A DNA stretch of 54,872 bases from a virus. Its lineage: Duplodnaviria > Caudoviricetes. Position 1 is the first letter of the stretch, and every line of letters starts with the position of its first letter. The notes below the pieces were generated by a model, which saw only the letters and a program-made list of their open reading frames with translations, did no database searches and was not told the origin of the DNA. The position numbers were made by a program, and so were the translations under genes. This document shows positions 54,158 to 54,872 of this stretch, piece after piece. The stretch spans positions 1-54,872 of the IMG/VR virus record IMGVR_UViG_3300017971_000334; one strand, given 5' to 3'.

Positions 54158-54372
54158 AGGTCATCGCTTTCTCCAGACCCTTCCGGGGTCCGGTATGGTG
54201 GGTCCAGGGAGTCGGCACCCACAAGTTCGATGGTTGGGTCGTACCCCTGCGGGGTGACGGAGCCGGGGCAGACCGGGTGCATGGGACACCAGGGCCACCT
54301 AGCGTTGTCGTCGTAGTAGTCGGGGTCCCATTGCAGGCCGCAACCGGAGCAGAAGTAGATTTCCGGCGTCAT
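54154..54372 (-). CDS. small zinc-ribbon-like protein
   Basis: CSGC...CP..PVC; coupled to neighbours. Confidence 0.55.
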   Translation of the reverse strand: MTPEIYFCSGCGLQWDPDYYDDNARWPWCPMHPVCPGSVTPQGYDPTIELVGADSLDPPYRTPEGSGESDDL

Positions 54373-54680
54373 GACAGGTTCCCTTCTGGGAGGATGCCGT
54401 CACGGTCGAGGCGGGCGAGCGTGGATTCGGTGTCGAGGGCGCGGGGGGTGCAGGCGCGGATGAGCTGGGCCTCGCGCAAGATGTCCTCGAAAAGGGTGGT
54501 GATGAACTTGATGTCGGATTCGGTCGGGGGGCAGCCCGTCTCGTCGGTGAGGTAATGGGCCAGCCAGTTCGTGTAGGTCGAGGTGAGGTGCGTCGTCGTG
54601 GGGGGCAGGTGGATGGACCGGACCTGAGCGGCGGTAAAAAGCCCGCTAACGGAAATGTTGGGTTTTACATTATTATTCAT
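54369..54680 (-). CDS. hypothetical protein
   Basis: 103 aa with AAAGGA RBS. Confidence 0.6.
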   Translation of the reverse strand: MNNNVKPNISVSGLFTAAQVRSIHLPPTTTHLTSTYTNWLAHYLTDETGCPPTESDIKFITTLFEDILREAQLIRACTPRALDTESTLARLDRDGILPEGNLS

Positions 54681-54751
54681 CGTTTTGTCCTTTCGTGGCT
54701 TGATCGTCGTTTCGGTTTACGCACATGCAAGAATTTGTGTCTCCTCCCGCT

Positions 54752-54872
54752 TTATCTGGGCGCTATAGTTGAGCGTATGTTTCCGGTCCTCCAGATTCCG
54801 CTCTGCCAAACTCCGTCCCACCAGGTTCCGTTCTGCCAGGTTCCGGTCTTCCAGGTTCCGCCCCTCCAGGTC
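54752..54872 (-). CDS. 3' part of second copy of the Trp-pentapeptide-repeat gene (enters from the right edge)
   Basis: Translates TWRGGTWKTGTWQNGTWWDGVWQSGIWRTGNIRSTIAPR-stop; same C-terminus as 90..542 but different repeat units. Confidence 0.8.
   Translation of the reverse strand, partial: TWRGGTWKTGTWQNGTWWDGVWQSGIWRTGNIRSTIAPR

Larger units (their letters stand above)
6396..54191. repeat. dispersed 15-bp motif GGACCCCGGAAGGGT / ACCCTTCCGGGGTCC
   Basis: ACCCTTCCGGGGTCC starts at 6396, 6824, 8179, 9940, 17679, 26079, 34064, 41772, 42418, 44532, 46970, 54177. Reverse form starts at 10530, 15141, 26530, 36567, 39745, 41671, 45402. Variants at 33785, 47200, 49761, 49809, 51735. Counted by eye. 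Confidence 0.95.

Overview
The window looks like an almost complete, circularly permuted genome of a GC-rich tailed dsDNA phage. It is probably podovirus-like, since no tail tube, sheath or long tape measure is evident. Both ends fall inside a second copy of a Trp-pentapeptide-repeat gene, suggesting the assembly broke there. Layout: (i) 0.1-5.3 kb, an AT-richer leftward array of small early genes with repeated hairpin/leader modules; (ii) 5.3-6.3 kb, a non-coding control/origin-like region with two DnaA boxes and palindromic repeats; (iii) 6.4-9.8 kb leftward, RepA-like helicase, C5 DNA methyltransferase, holin-like peptide and lipoprotein; (iv) 10.0-41.7 kb rightward virion module (terminase, portal, scaffold, capsid, four beta-helix modules, LamG, tail and internal proteins) containing four glycosyltransferase genes, two methyltransferase domains and two proteins with long pure Thr/Ser tracts; (v) 41.9-54.7 kb leftward replication/recombination module (GroES, SSB-like, AAA ATPase, PD-(D/E)XK nuclease, ERCC4 nuclease, family A polymerase, UDG, nucleotidyltransferase). 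Three observations stand out. First, a stand-alone RAMP/Cas7-like gene is followed immediately by a non-coding (GAC-NN)n array with a strict 49-nt super-period, a candidate CRISPR-independent RNA-guided system. Second, ppGalNAc-transferase-like enzymes sit beside mucin-like Thr/Ser proteins, a candidate mucin-type O-glycosylation system for the virion. Third, a 15-bp motif GGACCCCGGAAGGGT occurs in 19 exact and 5 variant copies in genes, at gene ends and between promoters. All calls come from reading motifs by eye; no database searches were run. No integrase, repressor, primase, endolysin, tRNA or canonical CRISPR array was recognised.
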